Virus record (IMG/VR): IMGVR_UViG_3300008450_000020
Span: 9,622 to 73,621 of that record
Source: a virus
Direction: 5' to 3' (one strand)
Length of the DNA stretch: 64,000 nt
Shown: piece after piece, positions 24,498 through 34,137 of the stretch
Numbering within the stretch: position 1 is the first letter of the stretch
Layout: every line of letters starts with the position of its first letter
Notes under the pieces: generated by a model
What the model was told of the DNA's origin: nothing
What the model saw: only the letters and a program-made list of their open reading frames with translations
Databases searched by the model: none
Made by a program: the position numbers and the translations under genes

Positions 24498-25319
24498 ATG
24501 TCACTATTCAATCAAGAAGATAAACCAAGCCAAGAAGATAATGATGATAAGGATCAAGGGAGTCTTGTTGGTAAAATGTCTAGTAATCCTGTTAAGGTAG
24601 AAGAGGATTATAGTGGGCATCCTATGGCTATGACTGTGGAACAGTTTAGGCACGCATTACCGGATAAGATTAAGAAGTCTGTGAATCAGGAGTTGATTGA
24701 TCAGATTAATAAAACTCTAAGTGACCCGGATATGTATGAAGCTTACCGGGATAACCTGTTAAGTTATACAAGGGTAATGGCAGATGGAAGATTTAAGGTA
24801 GATGGTTACATTGCTGCAGTTAAGTATGTAAGCCATAAGCTGATGGGGTGTACTAACATTGATGCGTACATTAAAACCTTTCCGGATAAGTATGCAAGGT
24901 TTGTAGCGCAAGGTGTTGAGGCTAAAGATATAGCTAGTTATGTGACTGCGTACAATAAGAGTAAGTTAGTGAACCTTATTTATGAACAGACTCTTATTCC
25001 TAGTTATGTATTGAATCAAGATCTTTATCAGAAGGCTTTGAACCAACAAGCTTACTTAATGCTTCATGCTAAGAGTGAAAAGGTACAGAGTGACGCAGCT
25101 AATAGTTTACTAGTGCAGTTGAAGATGCCGGAGATTAAGAAGGTTGAATTGGATATTGGTATTAAGGAAGACAGTTCAATTAGTAAGTTAAGACAGGCTA
25201 CTTTAGAGTTGGCTAGACAGCAGAGACTTATGATTGAAGCTGGGGTTGCTACAGTGTTACAGACCGCACATAGCAAGATCATTAATGATGTTGAAGATGT
25301 AGAGGTTCATGGTGAGTAA
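24498..25319 (+). CDS. N4 gp69-like protein (terminase small subunit candidate)
   Basis: YRDNLLSY..VMADGRFK..YI.AVKYVSHKLMG...SEKVQSDAANSLL; upstream of terL. Confidence 0.8.
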   Translation: MSLFNQEDKPSQEDNDDKDQGSLVGKMSSNPVKVEEDYSGHPMAMTVEQFRHALPDKIKKSVNQELIDQINKTLSDPDMYEAYRDNLLSYTRVMADGRFKVDGYIAAVKYVSHKLMGCTNIDAYIKTFPDKYARFVAQGVEAKDIASYVTAYNKSKLVNLIYEQTLIPSYVLNQDLYQKALNQQAYLMLHAKSEKVQSDAANSLLVQLKMPEIKKVELDIGIKEDSSISKLRQATLELARQQRLMIEAGVATVLQTAHSKIINDVEDVEVHGE

Positions 25320-25563
25320 TTTAAGAAATAAAGTACTTGATTCAATAGTTACTATTGAGTGTACTTATCCTGATGGGAGTATTAGAAAACATACTGATAC
25401 TGCTTTTATTATTCGGCATAGATTTACTCTTAAACAGAATAATATACGCCCAACAGATATAGTTTTTTATATTGATAACCCAGATGTAATTGAATACTTT
25501 GGTACAGTCTTTGAGATGTCAATACATCCTTTTTATCACGGTAAAGTTACTTACATATATTAA
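25309..25563 (+). CDS. Hypothetical protein
   Basis: 84 aa with GAGG RBS, inserted between the gp69-like gene and terL. Confidence 0.65.
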   Translation: MVSNLRNKVLDSIVTIECTYPDGSIRKHTDTAFIIRHRFTLKQNNIRPTDIVFYIDNPDVIEYFGTVFEMSIHPFYHGKVTYIY

Positions 25564-25872
25564 GTGAAAAATGCTATGAATAAACTATTTGAGTATTTTA
25601 GTAGGTGGTATAAGAAAGTCTTTAATATCGACCTAATAGAGAAATATGAAAGACGCATCCATAGTCTTGAGCAACATAATAAATATCTTGTGAGAAAGAA
25701 TACGTTGTTATTAGAAATGTCTTTGGTAGAGCAATTAGAAAGCCCAACAGAAACTAATATTTCTATAAGGCAGGTTGCTGAAGAATCTGATGTAAGCGGT
25801 AATAGGCAATCTGAAGTATTTGAAATGTCTGATGAAGATTTTATGAAAGTTAAAAATGGATTACGTATCTGA
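25564..25872 (+). CDS. Hypothetical protein with C-terminal scaffold-like MSDEDF motif
   Basis: Coiled coil + linker + VFEMSDEDFMKV; overlaps the terL start. Confidence 0.65.
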   Translation: MKNAMNKLFEYFSRWYKKVFNIDLIEKYERRIHSLEQHNKYLVRKNTLLLEMSLVEQLESPTETNISIRQVAEESDVSGNRQSEVFEMSDEDFMKVKNGLRI

Positions 25873-27472
25873 CCCAGTAGGACAAGCACTTGCACCTTGG
25901 AAGGTAGAAGATTATTTGAATAATCTTTCTTATGCTGAGGATGCGAGTTATGTACCAAGTGATTTTGCTTTGGAGTTTGTGAGCTTTATTAAGCTGGTGA
26001 ACGGGGGGAAGGGGGAGGAGAACAAGACACCGGTAGTTCACTACCGGATGTTGGATACCTTGACGAATAGGGGAGAGAGGATCATTAACCTATGTCATCG
26101 GGGTATTGCGAAGACTACGGTGATGGGTGAGTACTTGTTTTTATACATTGCTACCTATGGTGAGATTCCTGGTTTCGGTAGGATTGATTTGGCTATTTAC
26201 GTTTCTGACTCTATTGAGAACGGGGTTAAGAACATGAGAAAGAATTTGGAATTCCGTTGGGAGAATTCTGAATTTTTAAAAGAGTACATACCGAAGATTC
26301 ACTTTACAGATATCCGGTGGGAGTTTGTGAATGCTGATGGTAAGGTATTTATTGTGAAGGGATATGGTGCTAAGACTGGTGTGCGTGGAGCTAAAGAGTT
26401 AGGTATCCGTCCTCAATTAGCTGTGCTTGATGATTTGATTAGTGATGAAGATGCGCGCTCTGCTACTGTGATTAGTGCAGTAGAGGATACGGTGTATAAG
26501 GCAGTTGATTATGCTTTGCATCCAACAAAGAACTTAATCATTTGGAGTGGTACTCCATTTAATGCTAAAGATCCTTTGTATAAAGCAGTTGAGAGTGGTG
26601 CATGGAGAGTTAATGTATTTCCGGTGTGTGAAGCATTTCCATGTTCAAGGGAAGATTTTAGGGGGAGTTGGGAGGATCGATTCACGTATGACTACGTGAA
26701 GAATAAGTATGACAAGGCTGTGCTTGGTGGGAAGGTTGAGACGTTCAATCAAGAATTGATGTTGAGGATTATGAGTGAAGAAGATCGATTAATCCAAGAT
26801 GGGGATATTGCTTGGTACAAGGTTGATAATGTAATCAAGAACAAAGGTAAGTTTAATTTCTATATTACGACTGACTTTGCTACGAGTGAAAAACAGAAGG
26901 CTGACTTTTCTGTGATCAGTGTATGGGCTTACAATAATAATGGGGATTGGTTCTGGGTGGATGGGATTTGTAAGCGACAGCTTATGGATAAGAATGTGGA
27001 TGATTTGTTTAGATTATCCCAGATGTATAAACCCCAATCTGTGGGGATAGAAGTATCTGGGCAACAGGGAGGGTTTGTTACTTGGATTCAGAATCAGATG
27101 ATGGATAGGAATATTTACTTTAATCTGGCTTCAGAGAATAATACTAATAATCCCGGTATCCGCCCTAATACGAATAAGCTTGTACGGTTCAATACTGTAG
27201 TTCCTTGGTTTAAGGCACGTAAGATGTATTTCCCTATAGAACGGAAGAATGATCCTACAATGCAGGAATGTCTTAATGAACTTAGTTTGGTGTCTCCTTC
27301 AGGTTTTCGTAGTAAACATGACGACTTTATTGATACTATATCTATGTTGGCTTCATTAACCCCATGGAAACCTTCAGAAGAAACTGTGTTTGCTAGTTCC
27401 GATGGAAATGATATGTGGGAAATGCAAACAGATAAAAGTTCTTTTGATAGAATCTCTTCCTATATTGTTTAA
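25856..27472 (+). CDS. terL: Terminase large subunit (N4 gp68-like)
   Basis: HRGIAKTT, RPQLAVLDDL, WSGTPF, TTDFA, HDDFID. Confidence 0.95.
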   Translation: MDYVSDPVGQALAPWKVEDYLNNLSYAEDASYVPSDFALEFVSFIKLVNGGKGEENKTPVVHYRMLDTLTNRGERIINLCHRGIAKTTVMGEYLFLYIATYGEIPGFGRIDLAIYVSDSIENGVKNMRKNLEFRWENSEFLKEYIPKIHFTDIRWEFVNADGKVFIVKGYGAKTGVRGAKELGIRPQLAVLDDLISDEDARSATVISAVEDTVYKAVDYALHPTKNLIIWSGTPFNAKDPLYKAVESGAWRVNVFPVCEAFPCSREDFRGSWEDRFTYDYVKNKYDKAVLGGKVETFNQELMLRIMSEEDRLIQDGDIAWYKVDNVIKNKGKFNFYITTDFATSEKQKADFSVISVWAYNNNGDWFWVDGICKRQLMDKNVDDLFRLSQMYKPQSVGIEVSGQQGGFVTWIQNQMMDRNIYFNLASENNTNNPGIRPNTNKLVRFNTVVPWFKARKMYFPIERKNDPTMQECLNELSLVSPSGFRSKHDDFIDTISMLASLTPWKPSEETVFASSDGNDMWEMQTDKSSFDRISSYIV

Positions 27473-27480
27473 GGTTTATT

Positions 27481-28203
27481 ATGAAACTCTCTGAAATCTT
27501 TACCCAGCTATCTTATGGTGAGTTATCTCAAGTAAGTATTGGTGGTGGTAGTGTTGGTCAAATTGATGATAGTAATTATGAGCAAATACTCGCGCATATT
27601 AATCTTGGTTTGACAGCATTGTATAAACGCTTTCCTTTGAAAGAGAACAGCTTTAAGTTATTGATCCAAGAGGGTAAGATTACTTATCCTTTACAAAGTA
27701 AATATTCTATAAGCAATACGGCTTCTACTGAGTTGGTTAAGTACATTGAAGATACCGGTAATCCTTTCTTAGATGACATTCTTAAGATTGAACGTGTGTA
27801 CACTGATTATGGTTATGAGCTTGGTTTGAATGATTTAGAAGATCCTGACTCAGTAAGAACTCCTAGCGCAAATGTATTACTTGTTCCTACAAGTTTAAGT
27901 TCTACACTTACTGATGGTAAAATTGAAGTAGTTTACCGCGCTAATCATCCAATTATTAAAATTGGTATGTCGCCATTTAATCCTGAAATGATTGAATTGG
28001 AATTACCATACACTCATTTAGAACCTTTATTGTTGTTTGTAGCCAGTCGAGTACATAACCCCATAGGCATGACTAATGAGTTTAATTCTGGTAATAACTA
28101 TGCAAGCAAGTATGAATTATCTTGCCAACAGTTAGAGATGGTTAACTTACGTGTAGATCAGGGAAGTCAAATTAATCGTTTGAAGCAAAACGGTTGGGTA
28201 TAA
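27481..28203 (+). CDS. Virion head-tail adaptor (N4 gp67-like)
   Basis: MKLSEIF.QLSYGELS...INLGLT.LYKRF.LKE...YRANHP...NGWV. Confidence 0.85.
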   Translation: MKLSEIFTQLSYGELSQVSIGGGSVGQIDDSNYEQILAHINLGLTALYKRFPLKENSFKLLIQEGKITYPLQSKYSISNTASTELVKYIEDTGNPFLDDILKIERVYTDYGYELGLNDLEDPDSVRTPSANVLLVPTSLSSTLTDGKIEVVYRANHPIIKIGMSPFNPEMIELELPYTHLEPLLLFVASRVHNPIGMTNEFNSGNNYASKYELSCQQLEMVNLRVDQGSQINRLKQNGWV

Positions 28204-28227
28204 AGATATTTTATTATAGGCAAATCT

Positions 28228-30420
28228 ATGAACATACTAGAACAGACTCAATCAGAAATGGCTGAAAACGAAGAGAAAGCTTTGACGAATTGGAAGAAAC
28301 AACCTTCCATTCGTGAGCTTAAAGAAAACCTCAGTGAAGCTAAGCCTTCCCATGATGCACATAAAACGAAGGTAAATGCTTGGTTGGATAACTTGAATGT
28401 TACTGGCTCAGCGAAGTTAAAAACAGAAGCTGGTCAAGAAGGTAGAAATTCTACGATAGTTCCTAAGCTTATTCGTAAGCAAGCTGAATGGAGATACGCT
28501 GCATTATCAGAACCTTTCTTGAGTACCAGGGATGTGTTTAATGTGTATCCAGTAACCTGGGAAGATAAAGAAGCTGCTATTCAAAACCAGTATGTACTGA
28601 ACAACCAATTTAATACGCAATTGGATAAGGTCAATTTGATTGATACTTACGTTCGTGCAGCAGTAGATGAAGGTACAGTCATCACTCGTGTAGGTTGGGC
28701 ATTTGAAGAAGAAGAACAAGAGAAGTCTTACCCAATTGTTCAGTTCGTAGAAGATCCTTCATTGGGGCCATTGCATGAACAACTTATGCAAATGCAACAA
28801 GAATCCCCAAGCCAATATGATACTGATGTTCCGGAAGAGTTAAAGCAAGCTCACCAGATGTCTATGCAAATGGGAGTTCCTATTGCTGCTATTGTCACTG
28901 GTTCAGAGGTACGAAAAGAAATGGTCACAACAAAGAATATCCCTACTGTTGAAGTCTGTGATATTCGTAATGTGATTATTGATCCTACTTGTAATGGGGA
29001 TATTGATAAAGCCAGTTTTGTTATTTACAGCTTTGAGAGTTCTAAAGCCGAGTTAACTAAGGACGGTAAGTACAAGAATCTTGATAAAATTCAAGTAACG
29101 AATAATAGTCCTTTATCTGTACCAGATCATGCTATCAGTGGCTCAGTAAATAATTTTACTTTTAATGATGAGCCTCGTAAGAAGTTTGTGGTTTATGAGT
29201 ATTGGGGATATTGGGATATTGATGGCAGTGGTACAGTAAAACCAATCGTAGCTTCTTGGGTTGGTGATACGATTATTCGTATGGAAGAAAACCCATACCC
29301 TGATAAGAAAATCCCTTTTGTCTTGGTTCAGTACTTACCAGTCCGTAAGTCAATTTATGGTGAGCCAGATGGTGCATTGCTTGAAGATAATCAGAAGATT
29401 ATTGGAGCAGTTACACGAGGGATGATTGATATCATGGGCAAATCTGCTAATGGTCAAACAGGTATGCGTAAAGACATGCTTGATATAACCAATCGTAGAA
29501 AGTTTGATCGTGGTTTGGATTATGAATTTAATCCTTCTGTTGATCCTAGAGCCGGTGTACACATGCACACTTATCCTGAGATTCCTCAGTCTGCGCAGTT
29601 CATGCTGAACTTACAGAATATGGAAGCAGAATCTTTGACTGGGGTTAAGAGCTTTAGCCAGGGGGTATCAGGAGCAAGTTTAGGGGAAGTAGCTGCCGGT
29701 ATCCGAGGAGCTTTGGATGCAGCATCTAAACGTGAGTTAGGTATCTTGCGTAGATTGAGTGCCGGCATGACTAAGATCGGTAGAAAGATCATGAGCATGA
29801 ATGCACAGTTCTTATCTGAGACTGAAGTAGTTAGAATTACCAATGAGCAGTTTGTAAAAGTTCGTAGAGAAGATTTAGCTGGTAATTTTGATCTTGAATT
29901 ATCTATTTCTACTGCAGAAGAAGATAACAATAAAGCGCAAGAATTAGCATTTATGTTGCAAACCATGGGGAATACACTTCCACAAGAGATGTCACAGATG
30001 CTATTATCCGACATCGCAAAACTGCGTAAGATGCCAGATCTTGCAGAGAAGATTGAGAACTATAAACCACAGCCAGATCCTTTAATGCAGAAGAAAGCTG
30101 AATTAGAGATACAATTATTGGAAGCGCAGATAGCTTCTGAGATGGCTAAGGCTCAAAGTTTAGGTGCAGGAGCAGGATTGGCAAGCGCAAAAGCACAAAC
30201 AGAGGGGGTTAAACAAGGAAATATTCAATCTGATACAGATCAGAAGAATCTTGACTTTGTTGAACAAGAATCTGGAACCAAACAAGCAAGGGATTTAGAG
30301 AAATCTGGAGAACAAGCTCGTAGTCAGGCTCAGTTAAAAGTTTTGGACATGGAAATGAATCGAGAAAAACAGAAATTTGACTTGATTAAGACTTATGTTC
30401 AGAAAAAAGTAACTGAATAA
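28228..30420 (+). CDS. Portal protein (N4 gp59-like)
   Basis: LTNWKKQPS, PKLIRKQAEWRYAALSEPFL, YEYWGYWDIDG, C-terminal coiled coil. Confidence 0.95.
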   Translation: MNILEQTQSEMAENEEKALTNWKKQPSIRELKENLSEAKPSHDAHKTKVNAWLDNLNVTGSAKLKTEAGQEGRNSTIVPKLIRKQAEWRYAALSEPFLSTRDVFNVYPVTWEDKEAAIQNQYVLNNQFNTQLDKVNLIDTYVRAAVDEGTVITRVGWAFEEEEQEKSYPIVQFVEDPSLGPLHEQLMQMQQESPSQYDTDVPEELKQAHQMSMQMGVPIAAIVTGSEVRKEMVTTKNIPTVEVCDIRNVIIDPTCNGDIDKASFVIYSFESSKAELTKDGKYKNLDKIQVTNNSPLSVPDHAISGSVNNFTFNDEPRKKFVVYEYWGYWDIDGSGTVKPIVASWVGDTIIRMEENPYPDKKIPFVLVQYLPVRKSIYGEPDGALLEDNQKIIGAVTRGMIDIMGKSANGQTGMRKDMLDITNRRKFDRGLDYEFNPSVDPRAGVHMHTYPEIPQSAQFMLNLQNMEAESLTGVKSFSQGVSGASLGEVAAGIRGALDAASKRELGILRRLSAGMTKIGRKIMSMNAQFLSETEVVRITNEQFVKVRREDLAGNFDLELSISTAEEDNNKAQELAFMLQTMGNTLPQEMSQMLLSDIAKLRKMPDLAEKIENYKPQPDPLMQKKAELEIQLLEAQIASEMAKAQSLGAGAGLASAKAQTEGVKQGNIQSDTDQKNLDFVEQESGTKQARDLEKSGEQARSQAQLKVLDMEMNREKQKFDLIKTYVQKKVTE

Positions 30421-30430
30421 TGTATAGTGA

Positions 30431-30450
30431 AGGGGCATTCGCCCCTTTCT
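30431..30450 (+). terminator. Hairpin/terminator after portal
   Basis: AGGGGC-ATTC-GCCCCT followed by TTCT. Confidence 0.5.
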
Positions 30451-30483
30451 ATTAACTTTTTGAAAGCAATGGTAGATAAATTT

Positions 30484-30819
30484 ATGAATACAGACCTCCA
30501 ACAATTAGAACAAGGCTTAGAGAACGCTAAGAAATTAGTGGATCTAGGCAATGCTCTTGACCGTCTCAAAGCGAATAAAGATTTTCAGCTTTTGATTACT
30601 AATGGATACTTGAAAGATGAAGCAGTTCGTCTTGTACATCTCAAAGCAGACCCAAATATGCAAACCCCTGAACGTCAAGCAAGTGTAATTCGGGATATCG
30701 ATTCTATCGGTGCTTTGACAAGTTATTTAAACTTGGTTTACCTGAATGCAGACCGGGCATTACGTCAAATCGACGTGGATAGTGTCACACGGGATGAAAT
30801 TTTATCGGAGGGTAACTAA
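30484..30819 (+). CDS. N4 gp58-like protein
   Basis: ALDRLKANKDFQLLI.NGYLKDEAVRLVHLKADP; likely start at 30484. Confidence 0.8.
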   Translation: MNTDLQQLEQGLENAKKLVDLGNALDRLKANKDFQLLITNGYLKDEAVRLVHLKADPNMQTPERQASVIRDIDSIGALTSYLNLVYLNADRALRQIDVDSVTRDEILSEGN

Positions 30820-32024
30820 TGAAAGACGGAACCACTCCAGATTTTTTGAATATGTCTGATGAAGACATAATGAATTTTGATCCTTCTAAAATTCCTACAA
30901 CACCTGAAACCATTACAGATAATTCTACTGGCTCAGACGAAGTAATTACTGATTCTACTAACAATGTAGACCCAGATGACTTGCCTAATGATGCTGCACC
31001 AGAGGTTGAAGGCACAGACAATACTTCTGACGATGCTGATGATAAAGATGACGACAAAAGTGGTGATGCTACTGTCGTTACTCCAGTTACTGCTCCAACT
31101 GAGACAAAACAAAATGAGCAAACAAGTCAAGAAACAAAAAATCCAAAGGTTCCGGATAATTCCCCAGTTGATCCAAAAGTCGAAGCCAATAAAACTAAGG
31201 ATATTGACTATAAAGCAGTTTGTGATAAACTCTTTACGCCATTCAAAGCAAATGGGAAAGAGATTGCAGTATCTAATGTGGATGATGCAATTTCTCTTAT
31301 GCAGATGGGAGCCAATTACAATAAAAGGATGGCTGCGTTAAAGCCTAATCTTAAATTGTTAAAGCTCTTAGAGAATAATGATCTCTTGGATGAAAACAAA
31401 ATTAGTTTCTTGATTGATCTGGATAAAAAGAACCCAGAAGCAATTAAAAAGTTAATGCAAGATAGTAAGATAGATCCTATGGATTTATCTGGCAGTACAA
31501 ATGAATACGTTCCACAAAAACGTGAAGTCAGTGACAGTCAGGTTGAGTTTGATAATGTAATAGGTGAGATCGAAGACTCTCCAACATTTAACAAAACAAT
31601 TGATGTTGTGGTTAAGCAGTGGGACAGTACAAGCAAGCGTATTATTGGGGATCATCCTCATATCTTGAAAACTATAGACAGCCACATGCAAAGTGGAATC
31701 TATGACATGATCATGAAGGAAGTTGACTCTGAGCGTACATTTGGTCGTTTGAAGGGTTTAAGTGACATTGAAGCTTATCGGCAAGTTGGAGATGCTATTG
31801 ATGCTCGTGGTGGTTTTAACTCCTTAGCGCAAAAGGAGAACTCCATTATTGAGACTAAAGTAATATCCCCGAAACCAAAAGTAGAAGATGATCCTAAGCT
31901 AAAAGAACAGAAGAGAGCTGCAAGCTCAAGTAAGCCAAGCGTTACCCAAGGTAAACCGGATTTCAATCCGTTAGCTTTGTCTGATGAAGAGTTTGCTAAA
32001 TTAGGTAATCCCAAATTTTTGTAA
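30819..32024 (+). CDS. Capsid scaffolding protein (N4 gp57-like; often mis-annotated as tape measure)
   Basis: Acidic disordered N-terminus, PFKANGKE...LMQMGANY.KRM..LKP, terminal LSDEEF; immediately upstream of MCP. Confidence 0.85.
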   Translation: MKDGTTPDFLNMSDEDIMNFDPSKIPTTPETITDNSTGSDEVITDSTNNVDPDDLPNDAAPEVEGTDNTSDDADDKDDDKSGDATVVTPVTAPTETKQNEQTSQETKNPKVPDNSPVDPKVEANKTKDIDYKAVCDKLFTPFKANGKEIAVSNVDDAISLMQMGANYNKRMAALKPNLKLLKLLENNDLLDENKISFLIDLDKKNPEAIKKLMQDSKIDPMDLSGSTNEYVPQKREVSDSQVEFDNVIGEIEDSPTFNKTIDVVVKQWDSTSKRIIGDHPHILKTIDSHMQSGIYDMIMKEVDSERTFGRLKGLSDIEAYRQVGDAIDARGGFNSLAQKENSIIETKVISPKPKVEDDPKLKEQKRAASSSKPSVTQGKPDFNPLALSDEEFAKLGNPKFL

Positions 32025-32045
32025 CAAAACTAAAAGGTAAATATC

Positions 32046-33464
32046 ATGCAATTTAATAACCCAAAAGGCGGTACTCCTTCCAGTGTTGGTAATCAACTGG
32101 TCAATGAGTTCTATCAAAAGCAAGCCCTGATTGAAGCGCGTAAGGAACAGTACTTTACTCAGTTGGCAGACGTGACTTCCATGCCTAAGAACATGGGTAA
32201 GAAAATCGTTCGTTATCACTACATCCCAATGTTGGATGATGCTAACTTGAATGATCAAGGTATCGATGCTGCTGGTGTCGTAATCTTGAGTACTCAGCGT
32301 TACATCACATATCCAGCTTTGACTTTTGCTGTTGCCAATGCAGGTAAAGCTGCTGCGGTTGCTGCAATCAACGATAACATCGATGCGAATGGTTCTGCTG
32401 CAGTGATTGCTTCTGCTGGTGCAGATGGTTCTGGTGGTTCTGGTTTGGCTACTATCACTTTGACGAAACGAGTCATCAAGTACGCTACTGCTGCTAAGGC
32501 TGCTGTAGTTGAAGCTTTGAGCTTGGGTACAGTTACACAGGTTGGTTCTGGTAATTTGTATGGTTCGTCTAAAGACGTTGGTGCTATCTCCGGTAAGTTG
32601 CCATTGTTGTCTGAAACTGGTGGTCGTGTTAACCGTGTTGGTTTCAAGCGTAAAGAACTTGAAGGTACTTTTGAGAAGTTTGGTTTCTTCGATGAGTACA
32701 CACAAGCCTCCATGGACTTCGATTCTGATGCAGATTTGATGATGCACATTAACCGTGAAATGATTAACGGTGCTAATGAAATCACTGAAGATGCTTTGCA
32801 AATCGATTTGTTGAACTCTGCTGGTGTCATTAAGTATGCTGGTGACGCAACTACCAATGCAGAAATCGGCAGTGCTGATTTGGTTTCTTATGGTGACTTG
32901 ATGCGCTTGAGTATTGACTTGGATAACAACCGTACTCCAAAGCATACCAAGATTATCACTGGTACTCGTCTGGTCGACACTAAAGTTTTGCCTGCATGTC
33001 GTGTTGCTTATATTGGTTCTGAATTGCTTCCTACATTCAAAGCCATGGTAGATTTACACAACAACCCAGCATTTATCCCAGTTGAGAAATATGCTTCTGG
33101 CGGTACATTGTTGGTAGGTGAAGCAGGTTCAGTGGATAACTTCCGTTTGGTAGTTGTTCCTGAAATGATGAAATGGGCTGGTGCCGGTGCAACTACTACC
33201 GATGCAATCAACTACGATACAGGTTCACGTTATGATGTGTTCCCAATCTTGGTTGTTGGTGATGAATCCTTTACTACTATTGGTTTCCAAACTGATGGTA
33301 AAACAGTGAAGTTTGATATCACTCATAAAGCACCGGGTAAGGAAACTGCAGATCGTACTGATCCATACGGTGAAACTGGCTTCATGAGTATCAAGTGGTT
33401 CTACGGTTTCATGGTATTGCGTCCAGAACGTATTGCTTTGATCAAAACTGTAGCGCGCATGTAA
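32046..33464 (+). CDS. Major capsid protein (N4 gp56-like) with ~86-aa insertion
   Basis: NDQGIDAAG...[41 protein letters not shown]. Confidence 0.95.
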   Translation: MQFNNPKGGTPSSVGNQLVNEFYQKQALIEARKEQYFTQLADVTSMPKNMGKKIVRYHYIPMLDDANLNDQGIDAAGVVILSTQRYITYPALTFAVANAGKAAAVAAINDNIDANGSAAVIASAGADGSGGSGLATITLTKRVIKYATAAKAAVVEALSLGTVTQVGSGNLYGSSKDVGAISGKLPLLSETGGRVNRVGFKRKELEGTFEKFGFFDEYTQASMDFDSDADLMMHINREMINGANEITEDALQIDLLNSAGVIKYAGDATTNAEIGSADLVSYGDLMRLSIDLDNNRTPKHTKIITGTRLVDTKVLPACRVAYIGSELLPTFKAMVDLHNNPAFIPVEKYASGGTLLVGEAGSVDNFRLVVVPEMMKWAGAGATTTDAINYDTGSRYDVFPILVVGDESFTTIGFQTDGKTVKFDITHKAPGKETADRTDPYGETGFMSIKWFYGFMVLRPERIALIKTVARM

Positions 33465-33482
33465 TTAGTAATTAAGTAGTAC

Positions 33483-33510
33483 GGGGGGAAGAGAAATCTT
33501 CCCTTCTTTC
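33483..33510 (+). terminator. Terminator after MCP
   Basis: GGGAAGA-GAAA-TCTTCCC followed by T-rich tract. Confidence 0.75.
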
Positions 33511-33534
33511 AATCTAATGTAATATTTTGAGGAA

Positions 33535-34116
33535 ATGAAAATGAATGAACTGAACGATGATACGGATTTGCCAATGGTAGATGAATTGACTGCACTGAAG
33601 ACACGCGCAGATCAATTGGGTATTACATACCATCCGTCTATTGGTGTAGAGAAGTTGCGTGAAAAAGTAACTGCAGCTTTGTCAGGAACAAAAGAAAAAG
33701 AAGATACTGCAGAAGCTCCCGTAAGTACTCCTGCTGTTGAGACAGAATCAGAACGTCGTTATCGTAAGCGGCAAGAAGCCAATGAACTGATACGTGTGAA
33801 TATCACTTGTATGAACCCAGCTAAGAAAGAATGGGAAGGGGAAATTATCACTGCAGGTAATTCTCTTGTTGGATCGTTTAAAAAATACATCCCTTTCAAT
33901 ACTGTCGATGGTTGGCACGTACCGCGCATTATCTTGAATCAGTTACGTGATCGTCAGTGTCAGATCTTTTATACACACAAAGATCCTGTATCAGGGCAAT
34001 CAACCCGTAAAGGTAAGTTGATTAAAGAATTCGGTATTGAAGTACTTCCTAACCTTGCAGGACAAGAATTACAAGACTTGGCACAGCGTCAAGCATTAGC
34101 AGGTACAGTAGCTTAA
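33535..34116 (+). CDS. N4 gp55-like protein
   Basis: LKTRADQLGI.YHPSIGVEKLREKV; LIRVNITCMNPAKKEWEGEI. Confidence 0.85.
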   Translation: MKMNELNDDTDLPMVDELTALKTRADQLGITYHPSIGVEKLREKVTAALSGTKEKEDTAEAPVSTPAVETESERRYRKRQEANELIRVNITCMNPAKKEWEGEIITAGNSLVGSFKKYIPFNTVDGWHVPRIILNQLRDRQCQIFYTHKDPVSGQSTRKGKLIKEFGIEVLPNLAGQELQDLAQRQALAGTVA

Positions 34117-34137
34117 TTTAATAAACCAGGATAAGCC

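Noticed and set aside
32001-32945. 314-aa and 185-aa antisense ORFs over the capsid gene (and similar ones over the portal, vRNAP and tail genes)
   Set aside because: Shadow ORFs produced by the strong codon bias of highly expressed genes; no RBS or motifs.
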